Positions 17,069-25,800 of a stretch of DNA of 30,341 nucleotides are shown here, piece after piece; position 1 is the stretch's first letter; each line of letters starts with the position of its first letter. Position numbers and translations under genes: made by a program. Location: positions 1 to 30,341 of the forward strand of contig JBGFRZ010000049.1 of NCBI GenBank assembly GCA_041694835.1, written 5' to 3'. Below the pieces are notes generated by a model. It made no database searches and had not been told where the DNA came from. It saw only the letters and a list, made by a program, of their open reading frames with translations. The stretch is from Ignavibacteria bacterium. Its GTDB lineage: Bacteria; Elusimicrobiota; Endomicrobiia; PHAN01.

Positions 17069-18664
17069 ATGCGTCTTACAATCGCCAAAAAACTTTACGG
17101 CGGATTTGGAATCATCATCGTCCTTACACTGGCATTTGCCGGCTATATTATCAGCGGATTCAGAACATTCAGAACCGATTTGAGCGAACTGAAAAGAATG
17201 AAAAGCGAACTCGCCGAGATGCTTGAATTAACAGCCCAACTGAGGGAAATTCAGGTGATTCATTATCGATGGCTACATGCCTTAGAAATTGCCGTCCAAA
17301 ATAAAACCGAATTTACCGGAGAAATGGACCCCACCAAATGCGGTTTCGGCACATGGTATTACAACTTCAAAAATCCCTACCCCGAAATTGACCATTTGCT
17401 CAAATCGCTTGAAATTCCTCATAGACATTTTCATGAGACTGGCGCCGAGATACTTAAAGCCACTAAAGCCGGCAGGCGGGCGCGTTTGGATGAACTTCAA
17501 AGCGCCATGTTTAATGAAGTTCTCCCTCAGTTGATGAAACCATACGAGACAATGATGGACGGACTGCTCCCAGTCCAGGAAAAGGAAAAAGCGGATATTA
17601 ACAAATTAGTGGAAAAAAAATATACCGCTATAAGAGAAAAAATCACCGTCACCGTTGTAATGGCGCTACTTGGTTTATTGCTAAGTTTAACCATATCTTT
17701 TTTAACTGTCCGAAGGATAACCAAACCTCTTTCGCTTGTAGTGTCAAATGCCGCGGCAATATCCGACGGCGACCTCAGAGGCGAAAATATGACGGTGCGT
17801 TCCAGAGACGAAATAGGTGAACTCTGCCGGATATTCAACAAAATGCAGGACTCTCTTAAAAATCTCATAAAGACATTATCGCAACTCTCCAATTATACCG
17901 CCTCCTCCGCCGCCAATATGTCTCAGACGACCGAACAATCCGCTCAGACGATGGAACAAATCCAGAATTCAATCCAACAAGTCGCGGCGGCCACCACACA
18001 AGTGGCAAAAAGTTCTCAGGAAATAGCCCACCTCGTCAATAACACAAATAAAATCGTGGAAGCCGGCGCTCAAAAAGTAGACGATGTAATTGTAAAATTT
18101 CAAACCGTTGGCGATATGCTCGATGTCTCGGCCGGACTTGTGGAAAAACTCAACAGAAGTTCGTCGGAAATTTCCGAAATCGTCGGATTCATCACAAAAA
18201 TCGCCGACCAGACAAACCTCTTGGCGCTCAACGCCGCCATAGAAGCCGCTCGTGCGGGCGAAGCCGGCAAGGGTTTTGCCGTAGTTGCCGACGAGGTCCG
18301 GAAACTCGCCGAATCGTCCAGCCAGTCGGCTGAGCGGATTACAAAAATAATCAAAGAAATACAGTCCGACACAACCTCCGTTGTGGAAGCGTCGCACAAA
18401 TCTAAAACGGAAAGCGCGGCAGTTATGGGGCTTGCTCAAAAAATGCAACAGGGTTTCGCCGAGATAACGACGGCAATCAAAGGCATATCGCAACAGGTGG
18501 AACAGATAGCGGCCACATCCGAAGAGACGGCGGCTTCCGCCGAGGAAATAACCGCGAGCGCGGAAGAGCAAACCGCCGCGAACACCGAAATCGCCACCTC
18601 ATCCAACGGTTTGTCGGAACAGGTGTCAAAACTAAAAGACGCCATCGGAAGATACAAGGTGTAA
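17069..18664 (+). CDS. Methyl-accepting chemotaxis protein (TM1-CZB-TM2-HAMP-MA)
   Basis: TM1 at about aa 10-30. CZB motif HYRW...CGFGTWYY...HRHFH. TM2 at about aa 192-214. HAMP (DEIGEL). Signalling tip [38 protein letters not shown]. Confidence 0.95.
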   Translation: MRLTIAKKLYGGFGIIIVLTLAFAGYIISGFRTFRTDLSELKRMKSELAEMLELTAQLREIQVIHYRWLHALEIAVQNKTEFTGEMDPTKCGFGTWYYNFKNPYPEIDHLLKSLEIPHRHFHETGAEILKATKAGRRARLDELQSAMFNEVLPQLMKPYETMMDGLLPVQEKEKADINKLVEKKYTAIREKITVTVVMALLGLLLSLTISFLTVRRITKPLSLVVSNAAAISDGDLRGENMTVRSRDEIGELCRIFNKMQDSLKNLIKTLSQLSNYTASSAANMSQTTEQSAQTMEQIQNSIQQVAAATTQVAKSSQEIAHLVNNTNKIVEAGAQKVDDVIVKFQTVGDMLDVSAGLVEKLNRSSSEISEIVGFITKIADQTNLLALNAAIEAARAGEAGKGFAVVADEVRKLAESSSQSAERITKIIKEIQSDTTSVVEASHKSKTESAAVMGLAQKMQQGFAEITTAIKGISQQVEQIAATSEETAASAEEITASAEEQTAANTEIATSSNGLSEQVSKLKDAIGRYKV

Positions 18665-18677
18665 ATTTCCCTTTTTT

Positions 18678-18741
18678 CCCCTTTTATTATAGGGGATTAA
18701 GGGTTATGTCCCCTCTAAAAAGAGGGGATTAAGGGGTGTGT
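18678..18741. repeat. REP-like hairpins immediately upstream of the DUF559 gene
   Basis: CCCCTCTAAAAAGAGGGG-ATTAA-GGGGTGTGT (18710-18741) ends 2 nt before the ATG. A degenerate copy lies at 18678-18703. Confidence 0.8.
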
Positions 18742-18743
18742 AA

Positions 18744-19121
18744 ATGACCAAAATCTATTACAACCCAAAACTAAAAGAACTTGCTCGTCAATTGCGCAAC
18801 CAAAGCACACGAACTGAAATAAAATTATGGAAATGTCTAAAAGGTAAAAAGTTTTATGGATATGACTTTCACAGGCAAAAGCCAATTGACAATTACATAG
18901 TTGATTTTTTTTGTCCCGAACTAAAATTGGCGATTGAATTAGATGGATACACGCACGGATTTGAAAAAGTTTTTGAAAAGGACAACATCAAAATGCAAAA
19001 ATTATCTGAACTAGGAATAATGGTTTTGAGATTTGTCGATGATGATGTAACAAAAAATATAGATGGTGTGTTGAAGTGTATAGAGGAATATATTCGTAAA
19101 CACACCCCCGGCCCCTCTTAA
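18744..19121 (+). CDS. DUF559 / Vsr-like (very short patch) endonuclease domain protein
   Basis: ARQLRNQST.TE.KLW..L..., FHRQKPIDNYIVDFFC..LKLAIELDG.TH, LGIMVLRF. AT-rich relative to the flanking che genes. Confidence 0.92.
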   Translation: MTKIYYNPKLKELARQLRNQSTRTEIKLWKCLKGKKFYGYDFHRQKPIDNYIVDFFCPELKLAIELDGYTHGFEKVFEKDNIKMQKLSELGIMVLRFVDDDVTKNIDGVLKCIEEYIRKHTPGPS

Positions 19122-19306
19122 TAGAGGGGAAGTGACAAAGAGTTGTCTCCCCTCTTAATAGAGGGAGGTGACAAAGAGTTGTGTCCCCTCTTAATAGAGG
19201 GGAAGTGACAGAGGATTGTGGCACCTCTTAATAGAGGGGCGGTGACAAAGAGTTGTGTCCCATCTAACAAGAGGGGTGTCCCTGATTTATCGGGGACGGG
19301 GTGTGT
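19100..19306. repeat. Tandem 36-37 bp hairpin array (5 units) bounded by ACACACCCC / GGGGTGTGT
   Basis: Units start at 19112, 19149, 19185, 19222 and 19259. Consensus CCCCTCTTAATAGAGGGG-rrGTGACAAAGAGTTGTGT. Confidence 0.9.
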
Positions 19307-19327
19307 ACAATTTCATAGGAGTCAACA

Positions 19328-19390
19328 ATTAGGCGATTAAGCAATCAGCGATTAGTTTTTTACACCCAATCGCTTAATCGCTCAATCGCC
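19328..19390. repeat. Inverted octamer array, copy 3
   Basis: AGGCGATT AAGCAATC AGCGATT AG...CAATCGCT TAATCGCT CAATCGCC. Confidence 0.75.
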
Positions 19391-19408
19391 CGCGCGGTTT
19401 TTTTACTA

Positions 19409-20326
19409 ATGACCACATCGTCCCAATACAAAAAACTCGTCAAATTCATCAATGACTCTCTTAAATTTGACTGTGAAGAATATAACGAGTCATACATAAA
19501 GCGTCGGTTAAATTCCAGAATGCTCGCATTAAATATCCCGTCGGAAAATTATGAAAAATATCTCGACCATTTGACCAAAAATCCAGCGGAAACCCGCAAA
19601 CTCTACGACGCCCTTACCATAAACGTCACCCAGTTTTTTAGAGACCTCACATTGTGGAATTATCTGAAAGACGATTTACTGCCCAAAATAGCGGGGGAAA
19701 AACTTCGTAATGGCGCCCCACCGTTTTTGGTATGGTCGTGCGGATGTTCGTCGGGCGAAGAGCCATATTCTCTCGCCATTCTGCTTTTGGAAATTTTCAA
19801 ACCAATAGCCGCGCCTTTCAAAATAATGGCAACCGACATAGATGTCCTCTCGTTGGAAAAAGCCAAGCGGGGCATATACGATATGGCCGCGTTCCCCACG
19901 ACTCCGAAAGAATTTCTCGTCAAATACTTTCATCAGGTAAAAGACGAGCGGGGGCAACTGAAATACGAAATAGACCCCTCCGTCAAAAAATATGTTGAAT
20001 TCCGCATTGAAAATTTTTTTCGCGACGCTCCTCCCGTCTCAAATGCCGACTTGATAATCTGCCGGAATGTAATAATATATTTTACGCCCGAAGCGAAAGA
20101 CAAACTCTTGTCCATATTTTCTCGTTCACTTGCGGATCACGGCTTTCTTATACTCGGGAAATCGGAGGTTCTCTTTACGACCAAATCGCAACATAAATTT
20201 TATTTATACAATACAATAGAGCGCGTCTATCGGAAAGAAAGACGGGAAGAGCGGGAGGAAATTTCAGACGACCGCCGGCGCAACTGGTGGCACGGTTATC
20301 AGGACGAGATCGCGCGCGAAAAATAA
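19409..20326 (+). CDS. cheR: Chemotaxis methyltransferase CheR
   Basis: LTINVTQFFRD, WSCGCSSGEEPYSLA, ATDID, DLIICRNVIIYF, LILGKSE. Confidence 0.96.
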   Translation: MTTSSQYKKLVKFINDSLKFDCEEYNESYIKRRLNSRMLALNIPSENYEKYLDHLTKNPAETRKLYDALTINVTQFFRDLTLWNYLKDDLLPKIAGEKLRNGAPPFLVWSCGCSSGEEPYSLAILLLEIFKPIAAPFKIMATDIDVLSLEKAKRGIYDMAAFPTTPKEFLVKYFHQVKDERGQLKYEIDPSVKKYVEFRIENFFRDAPPVSNADLIICRNVIIYFTPEAKDKLLSIFSRSLADHGFLILGKSEVLFTTKSQHKFYLYNTIERVYRKERREEREEISDDRRRNWWHGYQDEIAREK

Positions 20327-20336
20327 ATATCCGCTC

Positions 20337-20506
20337 ACACACCCCCGGCCCCTCTTAATAGAGGGGAGGTGACAAAGGATTGTGTCCCCTCTTGATAGGG
20401 GGAAGTGACAAAGAGTCATGTCCCCTCTTAATAGAGGGGAGGTGACAAAGAGTTGTGGCCCCTCTAACAAGAGGGGTGCTCCGATGAACATCGGAGCGGG
20501 GTGTGT
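20337..20506. repeat. Tandem hairpin array (4 units), same family as 19100-19306
   Basis: Units start at 20349, 20386, 20422 and 20459. The terminal palindrome is the variant GCTCCGATGAACATCGGAGC. Confidence 0.9.
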
Positions 20507-20538
20507 TAAGGTTGATGGCCCCGACGATGATTTTTGAA

Positions 20539-20594
20539 GTAGAGCCTTTAGACTCGTCTAACGGGCGTAAACGCCCTACTCCTAAAGGGGCTAC
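20539..20594. repeat. GTAG-ended inverted repeat (REPIN-like)
   Basis: GTAGAGCCTTTAG ... CTAAAGGGGCTAC (11/13 complementary), with internal GGGCGTAAACGCCCTAC. Confidence 0.55.
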
Positions 20595-20644
20595 CATGAA
20601 GGACGAGGTGTTAGAGGGAGATTAAATCTTCAAGAGGTGATAAA

Positions 20645-21019
20645 ATGGCAAAAATTCTCGTTGTAGATGATTCGCAATTTATGCGACTTACGCTTAAAAA
20701 TTTTCTTGAAAAAAATTCAAGAGGCGCTCATCAAATAATCGGCGAGGCGGAAACAGCCGAAGAATCAGTGCGAAAATACACCGAACTAAAACCCGAAGTC
20801 GTAACTATGGACATAATAATGCCCAAAGAAGTCGGCATAGAAGCCGTAAAAAAAATCATAGCCATTGACCCATCCGCCAAAATCATAATGGTTTCCGCAA
20901 TGGGTCAGGAAAAAGTAGTTGAAGAAGCAATGGCGGCCGGCGCAAAGGCATTTGTCACAAAACCCGTAAAACCCGAAACGTTGCTTGCGGCAGTGACGAA
21001 AGTAATTTCACAAAAATGA
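20645..21019 (+). CDS. cheY: Chemotaxis response regulator CheY
   Basis: ILVVDDSQFMR, VTMDIIMP, MVSAMGQE, FVTKP (Firmicutes/Thermotoga/archaeal-type CheY). Confidence 0.92.
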   Translation: MAKILVVDDSQFMRLTLKNFLEKNSRGAHQIIGEAETAEESVRKYTELKPEVVTMDIIMPKEVGIEAVKKIIAIDPSAKIIMVSAMGQEKVVEEAMAAGAKAFVTKPVKPETLLAAVTKVISQK

Positions 21020-22065
21020 TAAAACTCCTGCTCACAGACGATTCTCCGTTTGTAAGAAAAATACTGAGGGAAATTCTTTCTGGCGACGGTGAAATAGAAA
21101 TTATCGGCGAAGCGGAAAATGGCAGGGATGCCATAGATAAAATCGCCCGACTTAAACCCAATGTGATAACGCTCGACATAATAATGCCGGGTGTTGATGG
21201 CATATGGGCGCTTGAAGAAATAATGAAACAAAACCCGGTGCCGACCATAATAGTAAGTTCCGTCGGAGTGCCGTCTTCAGAGATAATACGTCACGCCTTC
21301 CGTCTTGGCGCAATCGACGCGGTGCTTAAGCCCGAAGGTGAAAATAATCTGCGTGCATTTGCCGAGGAACTAATTGTCAGAATAAAATCAGCGGCCGCGA
21401 CCGGACCGGCGCGACTCAAAGAGCATGCCGCCGCAAGAAGGACCGCCAAAGAACAAAACATTCTTTCGGAAAATTTACCGGCGCATGAGGTCGTGGTAAT
21501 AGCGTCGTCTGCCGGAGGTCCCGTATCTCTTTACGATGTCATTTCTGGTTTTTCGCCCGAGTTATACGCCGGAATCCTTATAGCACAACATATGCCCCCC
21601 GCTTTCATAGAACCGTTCGCGGCGCACGTTCAAACACTCACACATATAAAAATCAAAATAGGTGAAAGAGGCGACATCCTGCGTTCAAAAAACGCCATAT
21701 TTTCTCCGACAAATTCAACACTGAAAGTCCACAGGACGAAAAAAGGCGCCATCATTGAACTTGTTGATGCGAAAATACGACTCCATCCACACATAGACAC
21801 ACTCATCAATTCCGCTGCGGAAACTTTCCGTTCACGCATGGTGCTTGTCGTTTTGTCGGGTCTCGGCGACGACGGAGTGAAAGGCGCCCAAGTCGTCAAA
21901 CAAATGGGAGGCAAAGTCATCGCCGAAGATAAAACGACGGCGGGGGTGTATGTAGGGATGCCGTATCATGTCTATAAATCCGGTTACTGCGACGCCGTCC
22001 TGCCGAGCAAAGAAATACCAAAGTTCGTTGAAAAATATTTTTTAAATAAAAGTAGAAATGGTTAA
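21016..22065 (+). CDS. cheB: Chemotaxis methylesterase CheB (REC + methylesterase)
   Basis: REC DDS...TLDIIMP...KP. Catalytic motifs SSAGGP, QHMPP and GLGDDG. Confidence 0.95.
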   Translation: MIKLLLTDDSPFVRKILREILSGDGEIEIIGEAENGRDAIDKIARLKPNVITLDIIMPGVDGIWALEEIMKQNPVPTIIVSSVGVPSSEIIRHAFRLGAIDAVLKPEGENNLRAFAEELIVRIKSAAATGPARLKEHAAARRTAKEQNILSENLPAHEVVVIASSAGGPVSLYDVISGFSPELYAGILIAQHMPPAFIEPFAAHVQTLTHIKIKIGERGDILRSKNAIFSPTNSTLKVHRTKKGAIIELVDAKIRLHPHIDTLINSAAETFRSRMVLVVLSGLGDDGVKGAQVVKQMGGKVIAEDKTTAGVYVGMPYHVYKSGYCDAVLPSKEIPKFVEKYFLNKSRNG

Positions 22066-22076
22066 TTTCACAAGAG

Positions 22077-22188
22077 TCGGCGATTAAGCAATCAGCAATT
22101 AAGCGATTGGGCAATTGAGTGTAAAAACCTAATCGCTGATTGCTTAATTGCTTAATCGCTTAATTAATCGCTCAATCGCTTAATCGCC
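22077..22188. repeat. Inverted octamer array, copy 4 (longest)
   Basis: GGCGATT AAGCAATC AGCAATT AAGCGATT GGGCAATT...AATCGCT GATTGCTT AATTGCTT AATCGCTT...AATCGCC. Confidence 0.8.
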
Positions 22189-22214
22189 AAATATCAGAAT
22201 AGCACAAAATAACT

Positions 22215-23855
22215 ATGGACGAACTGGACCTCTCGCAATTCAAAGACGCCTTTATCGCCGAAGCGAAAGAGCACCTGTCATCTCTGAACGCCGCCACGCT
22301 TGAACTTGAAAAAAATCCTTCAAGCCCCGAAATCATAAACGAGCTCTTTCGCGCAGCTCACACATTAAAAGGCATGTCCGCCACGATGGGTTATGAAAAA
22401 ATCGCTACGCTTACGCACTACATGGAAGACCTCCTGGACAAATTGCGCAAAAACGTCATCACCGCCTCGCCGGACATAGTGGACATAATTTTTGAGTGTT
22501 TTGATTATCTGGAAAAACTCGTCGTAGAAATAGAAACCGGACAAGACGCCGGACTCAAAATCTCGTATCTGTCCGAACGTATTCAGAACAAAATAAACGC
22601 GGAAGAAAATCCGTCCGAACTCCAAATGACATCGGCCCAATCCGACGATAAAAGCGCCGCATTCGCCGCCTCTCCGAAATCCGGTGCGCCCGCTTCAAGA
22701 GCGTCAAGCACTATCCGCATTAACACCACCCATCTTGATGCGATAATGAATCTCGTCGGAGAAATGGTCATAGCCAAAGCCCAGCTTGAACAAATCGCTG
22801 CTGACCATAAAATAGAAACTCTAAGTGCGTCCTTACAACAATTTGATAGGATAGCGATAGATTTGCAGGAAGCCGTTCTTAAAACACGGATGGTCCCCGT
22901 CTCTCATGTGTTTGACAGATACCCCAGGATGATGCGGGACCTTTCAAAGAAATTGGGCAAAACCGCGGAGTTTGAAATTGTCGGCTCGGAGATAGAAATC
23001 GACAGAATTTTATTGGACGAAATCAACGAGCCGCTTGTCCATATATTGCGAAACGCTCTGGATCACGGCATTGAACCGGCCGACCAAAGAATGTCCGAGG
23101 GGAAAAATCCGGCGGGAAAAATAATCCTTGAAGCCCGTCGCGAGCGCGGGCACATTTCAATAATAATTTCGGACGACGGCAAAGGACTTGACGCCGAACT
23201 CCTGAAAAATAAAGCCGTTGAAAGAAACATCATCGCCGAAGATAAAGCTCGCGCGCTCTCCGACGACGACGCCTATTTGCTTATATGCGACCCAAGATTT
23301 TCCACCGTTGAAAAAATCACCGATGTATCGGGCCGCGGCGTCGGAATGGACGTCGTAAAAACCATGATAGAGTCCTTCAACGGACATCTTTACATAGTGT
23401 CCCAAAAAGGCGAAGGGACGAAGTTTATTCTCAACCTGCCGCTCAGTATGGCGATAATTTCGGTCTTGCTGGTAAAAGTGGGCAATGAGAAATACGCCAT
23501 ACCCATAAACAACATCACAGAAATACTCGCCTGCGACACGGAAAAAATCAAAACGATAGAAAACAGCGAGGTTGTTATGTTTCGCGACGAAGTGCTTCCT
23601 CTTGTACGTCTCAGGCAAAAATTCGCTTTGCGGGCGGAAAATTTTTCTAATTCACAAATGTCCGACGGATACTTACTTCGCGTTGAAAGCGCAAACAAAA
23701 AAGCCGCATTAGTTGTTGACGGATTTCACGGACGCAAAGAAATAGTTCTTAAAACCCTCGGGGGCATATTAAGGCACGCAAAAGGATTTTCGGGAGCCAC
23801 AATAACCGGCGATGGCTCGGTAATATTGCTCATAGACATACTCCACTGGCTTTGA
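22215..23855 (+). CDS. cheA: Chemotaxis histidine kinase CheA
   Basis: Hpt FRAAHTLKGMS, dimerization MNLVGEMVI, HILRNALDHGIE, DDGKG, SGRGVGMDVV, and a C-terminal CheW-like P5 domain. Confidence 0.97.
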   Translation: MDELDLSQFKDAFIAEAKEHLSSLNAATLELEKNPSSPEIINELFRAAHTLKGMSATMGYEKIATLTHYMEDLLDKLRKNVITASPDIVDIIFECFDYLEKLVVEIETGQDAGLKISYLSERIQNKINAEENPSELQMTSAQSDDKSAAFAASPKSGAPASRASSTIRINTTHLDAIMNLVGEMVIAKAQLEQIAADHKIETLSASLQQFDRIAIDLQEAVLKTRMVPVSHVFDRYPRMMRDLSKKLGKTAEFEIVGSEIEIDRILLDEINEPLVHILRNALDHGIEPADQRMSEGKNPAGKIILEARRERGHISIIISDDGKGLDAELLKNKAVERNIIAEDKARALSDDDAYLLICDPRFSTVEKITDVSGRGVGMDVVKTMIESFNGHLYIVSQKGEGTKFILNLPLSMAIISVLLVKVGNEKYAIPINNITEILACDTEKIKTIENSEVVMFRDEVLPLVRLRQKFALRAENFSNSQMSDGYLLRVESANKKAALVVDGFHGRKEIVLKTLGGILRHAKGFSGATITGDGSVILLIDILHWL

Positions 23856-23866
23856 ATCAATCGCTC

Positions 23867-24000
23867 ACACACCCCCGGCCCCTCTTAATAGAGGGGAAGT
23901 GACAAAGAGTCATGTTCCCTCTTAATAGAGGGGCGGTGACAAAGAGTTGTGTCCCATCTAACAAGAGGGGTGTCCCTGATTTATCGGGGACGGGGTGTGT
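23867..24000. repeat. Tandem hairpin array (3 units), same family
   Basis: ACACACCCCCGG-CCCCTCTTAATAGAGGGG ... GTCCCTGATTTATCGGGGACGGGGTGTGT. Confidence 0.9.
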
Positions 24001-24020
24001 ACAATTTCATAGGAGTCAAC

Positions 24021-24100
24021 AATTAGGCGATTAAGCAATCAGCGATTAGTTTTTTACACCCAATCGCTTAATCGCCTAATCACCTAATTACTCAATCGCT
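24021..24100. repeat. Inverted octamer array, copy 5
   Basis: Identical to copy 3 up to 24075, then CTAATCAC CTAATTAC TCAATCGC, ending just before the cheC RBS. Confidence 0.75.
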
Positions 24101-24112
24101 TATAGGAGCGCT

Positions 24113-24721
24113 ATGGACAGAAACAAGATAGACATACTCAAAGAAATCTCAAGCATCGGGACATCCCACGCCGCAAGCGCTCTATCCCAGATGCTCGGAT
24201 GTAAAGTTATGATAGAAGTTCCGTCGGTGCAACTGCTGCCCCTATCGGAAGTCGCAAACAACCTCGGCGGTCCGGAAAAACCCATAATAGGATTGCATTT
24301 CCAGATACTCGGCGACCTGAACGGCCGTATCATGCTGATACTGGACCGCAAGAGTGGCCACAAAATCGCCGCAATGCTTGTCGGCGACAATCCGTCGGAC
24401 GAATCGCGCCTTGAAAATCTTGACGAATCCGCCATAAAAGAACTCGGCAACATAGTAACCAATTCTTACTTGAACGCCATCGCCGAACTTCTCGGCGTCA
24501 AACTGATGCTGTCGGTGCCCTTTTACGCCGAGGATATGATGGGTGCTGTAATAGATTTGCTCCTGATAGAGATTTCCCAAATCGCCAATCATGCCATACT
24601 TCTTGAAACTAAAATAACCGCTGAGGCGTCGAATTTATCGGGGAGTTTCATAATTTTCCCGGATGAAAAATTTTTGGAGGAACTTTTCGCAAAGACCGAT
24701 TTTATAGCCGACGACAAATGA
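24113..24721 (+). CDS. cheC: CheY-P phosphatase CheC
   Basis: DILKEISSIGTSHAASALSQM and SAIKELGNIVTNSYLNAI repeats. Confidence 0.92.
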   Translation: MDRNKIDILKEISSIGTSHAASALSQMLGCKVMIEVPSVQLLPLSEVANNLGGPEKPIIGLHFQILGDLNGRIMLILDRKSGHKIAAMLVGDNPSDESRLENLDESAIKELGNIVTNSYLNAIAELLGVKLMLSVPFYAEDMMGAVIDLLLIEISQIANHAILLETKITAEASNLSGSFIIFPDEKFLEELFAKTDFIADDK

Positions 24722-25221
24722 TCAAAATAACTGTCAATCTCGGAGAATATAAAGTCGCAAGTGCCCCTGCTTCTTTAATCACGCATTCGCTCGGCTCATG
24801 CGTCGGCGTGACGCTTTACGACCCGACGACAAAGCTCGGAGGCTTGGCCCACATAATGTTGCCCAAAGCGCCCGACACAATAAATTGTCTCGGAAATCCC
24901 TCAATCACCCCCTCCGGAAAATACGCTTCAACCGCTGTCAGGTCGTTATTTGATGAATTAATAAAAAGCGGGGTGAACAAAAAACATATCGTCGCCAAAA
25001 TCGCCGGCGGCGCTTGTATGTTTTCCGGTTTTGGCAATTTAAGTGAAAATATGAAAATCGGAGAAAAAAATATTGAAGCCGTCCATGAATCATTGGCTTC
25101 GCTTGAAATACCTGTAATATCGCAAGACGTCGGTGGAAATACAGGCAGAACCGTGGAACTGCGCACCACCGACGGAAAACTGATAATAACATCGGCGTTT
25201 CTGCCGCGAAAAGAAATTTGA
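24718..25221 (+). CDS. cheD: Chemoreceptor glutamine deamidase CheD
   Basis: SLGSCVGVTLYD, GGLAHIMLP, AKIAGGACMF, IGEKN, DVGGNTGR. Confidence 0.95.
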   Translation: MIKITVNLGEYKVASAPASLITHSLGSCVGVTLYDPTTKLGGLAHIMLPKAPDTINCLGNPSITPSGKYASTAVRSLFDELIKSGVNKKHIVAKIAGGACMFSGFGNLSENMKIGEKNIEAVHESLASLEIPVISQDVGGNTGRTVELRTTDGKLIITSAFLPRKEI

Positions 25222-25234
25222 TAAAAAATAGCAT

Positions 25235-25317
25235 TGGCGATTAAGCAATCAGCAATTAAGCGATTAGGCAATCAGCAATTAGGTTTTTTCACTCAATCGC
25301 TAACTCGCTCAATCGCT
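25235..25317. repeat. Inverted octamer array, copy 6
   Basis: GGCGATT AAGCAATC AGCAATT AAGCGATT AGGCAATC...CAATCGCT AACTCGCT CAATCGCT. Confidence 0.75.
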
Positions 25318-25412
25318 CCCGAATAATATCGTGTAATTCGTGCTAAAAAGAACAAAACACTAATGCTCTGTGACATAAGTCTTTGATAGTGCCACTCACA
25401 AGTGTCGGTAAT

Positions 25413-25710
25413 AAATCCCCCTCAGTCCCCCTTTGTTAAAGGGGGAAGAAACAAGAGAAACCCCCTTTGGAAAATGGGGAAGTAATGTAGGGAGAAAATC
25501 CCCCTGTATCCCACTTTAATAAAAGGGGAAAAAATTGAGGAAAAGTGTCCCTCTTAATTCCCTTTTGAAAAGGGCACCACTTTTTTTATTCCCCTTTTGC
25601 AAAGGGCCACACTCTTCTCATTCCCCCTTTTGTAAAGGGGGGAAGGGGGGATTTTGTGGGAAGCCCCGCACAATAACTGTGCGGGGTAAACTCCGCTCAA
25701 GGGGGATTTA
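25413..25710. repeat. Composite CCCCCTTT/AAAGGGGG hairpin cluster
   Basis: At least six C-tract/G-tract hairpins plus GAAGCCCCGCACAATAACTGTGCGGGGTAAA. Confidence 0.8.
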
Positions 25711-25800
25711 TAAAAGGAAACCAAAGTCGGCAATGGTGTTAAAAAATCCACCACCTAATATAAAAAACTAACTTAACAAAACACAAACACCGGAGGGAAT

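Noticed and set aside
17969-18571. Long antisense ORFs (17969..18571, 15101..15682, 23157..23618, 24816..25271 and others)
   Set aside because: They are shadows of well-supported + strand genes with no recognisable motifs.
19100-19306. CRISPR array interpretation of the 36-37 bp periodic repeats (also 20337 and 23867)
   Set aside because: The ~18-19 nt segments between hairpins are near-identical to each other rather than unique spacers, and there are no cas genes or leader in the window.
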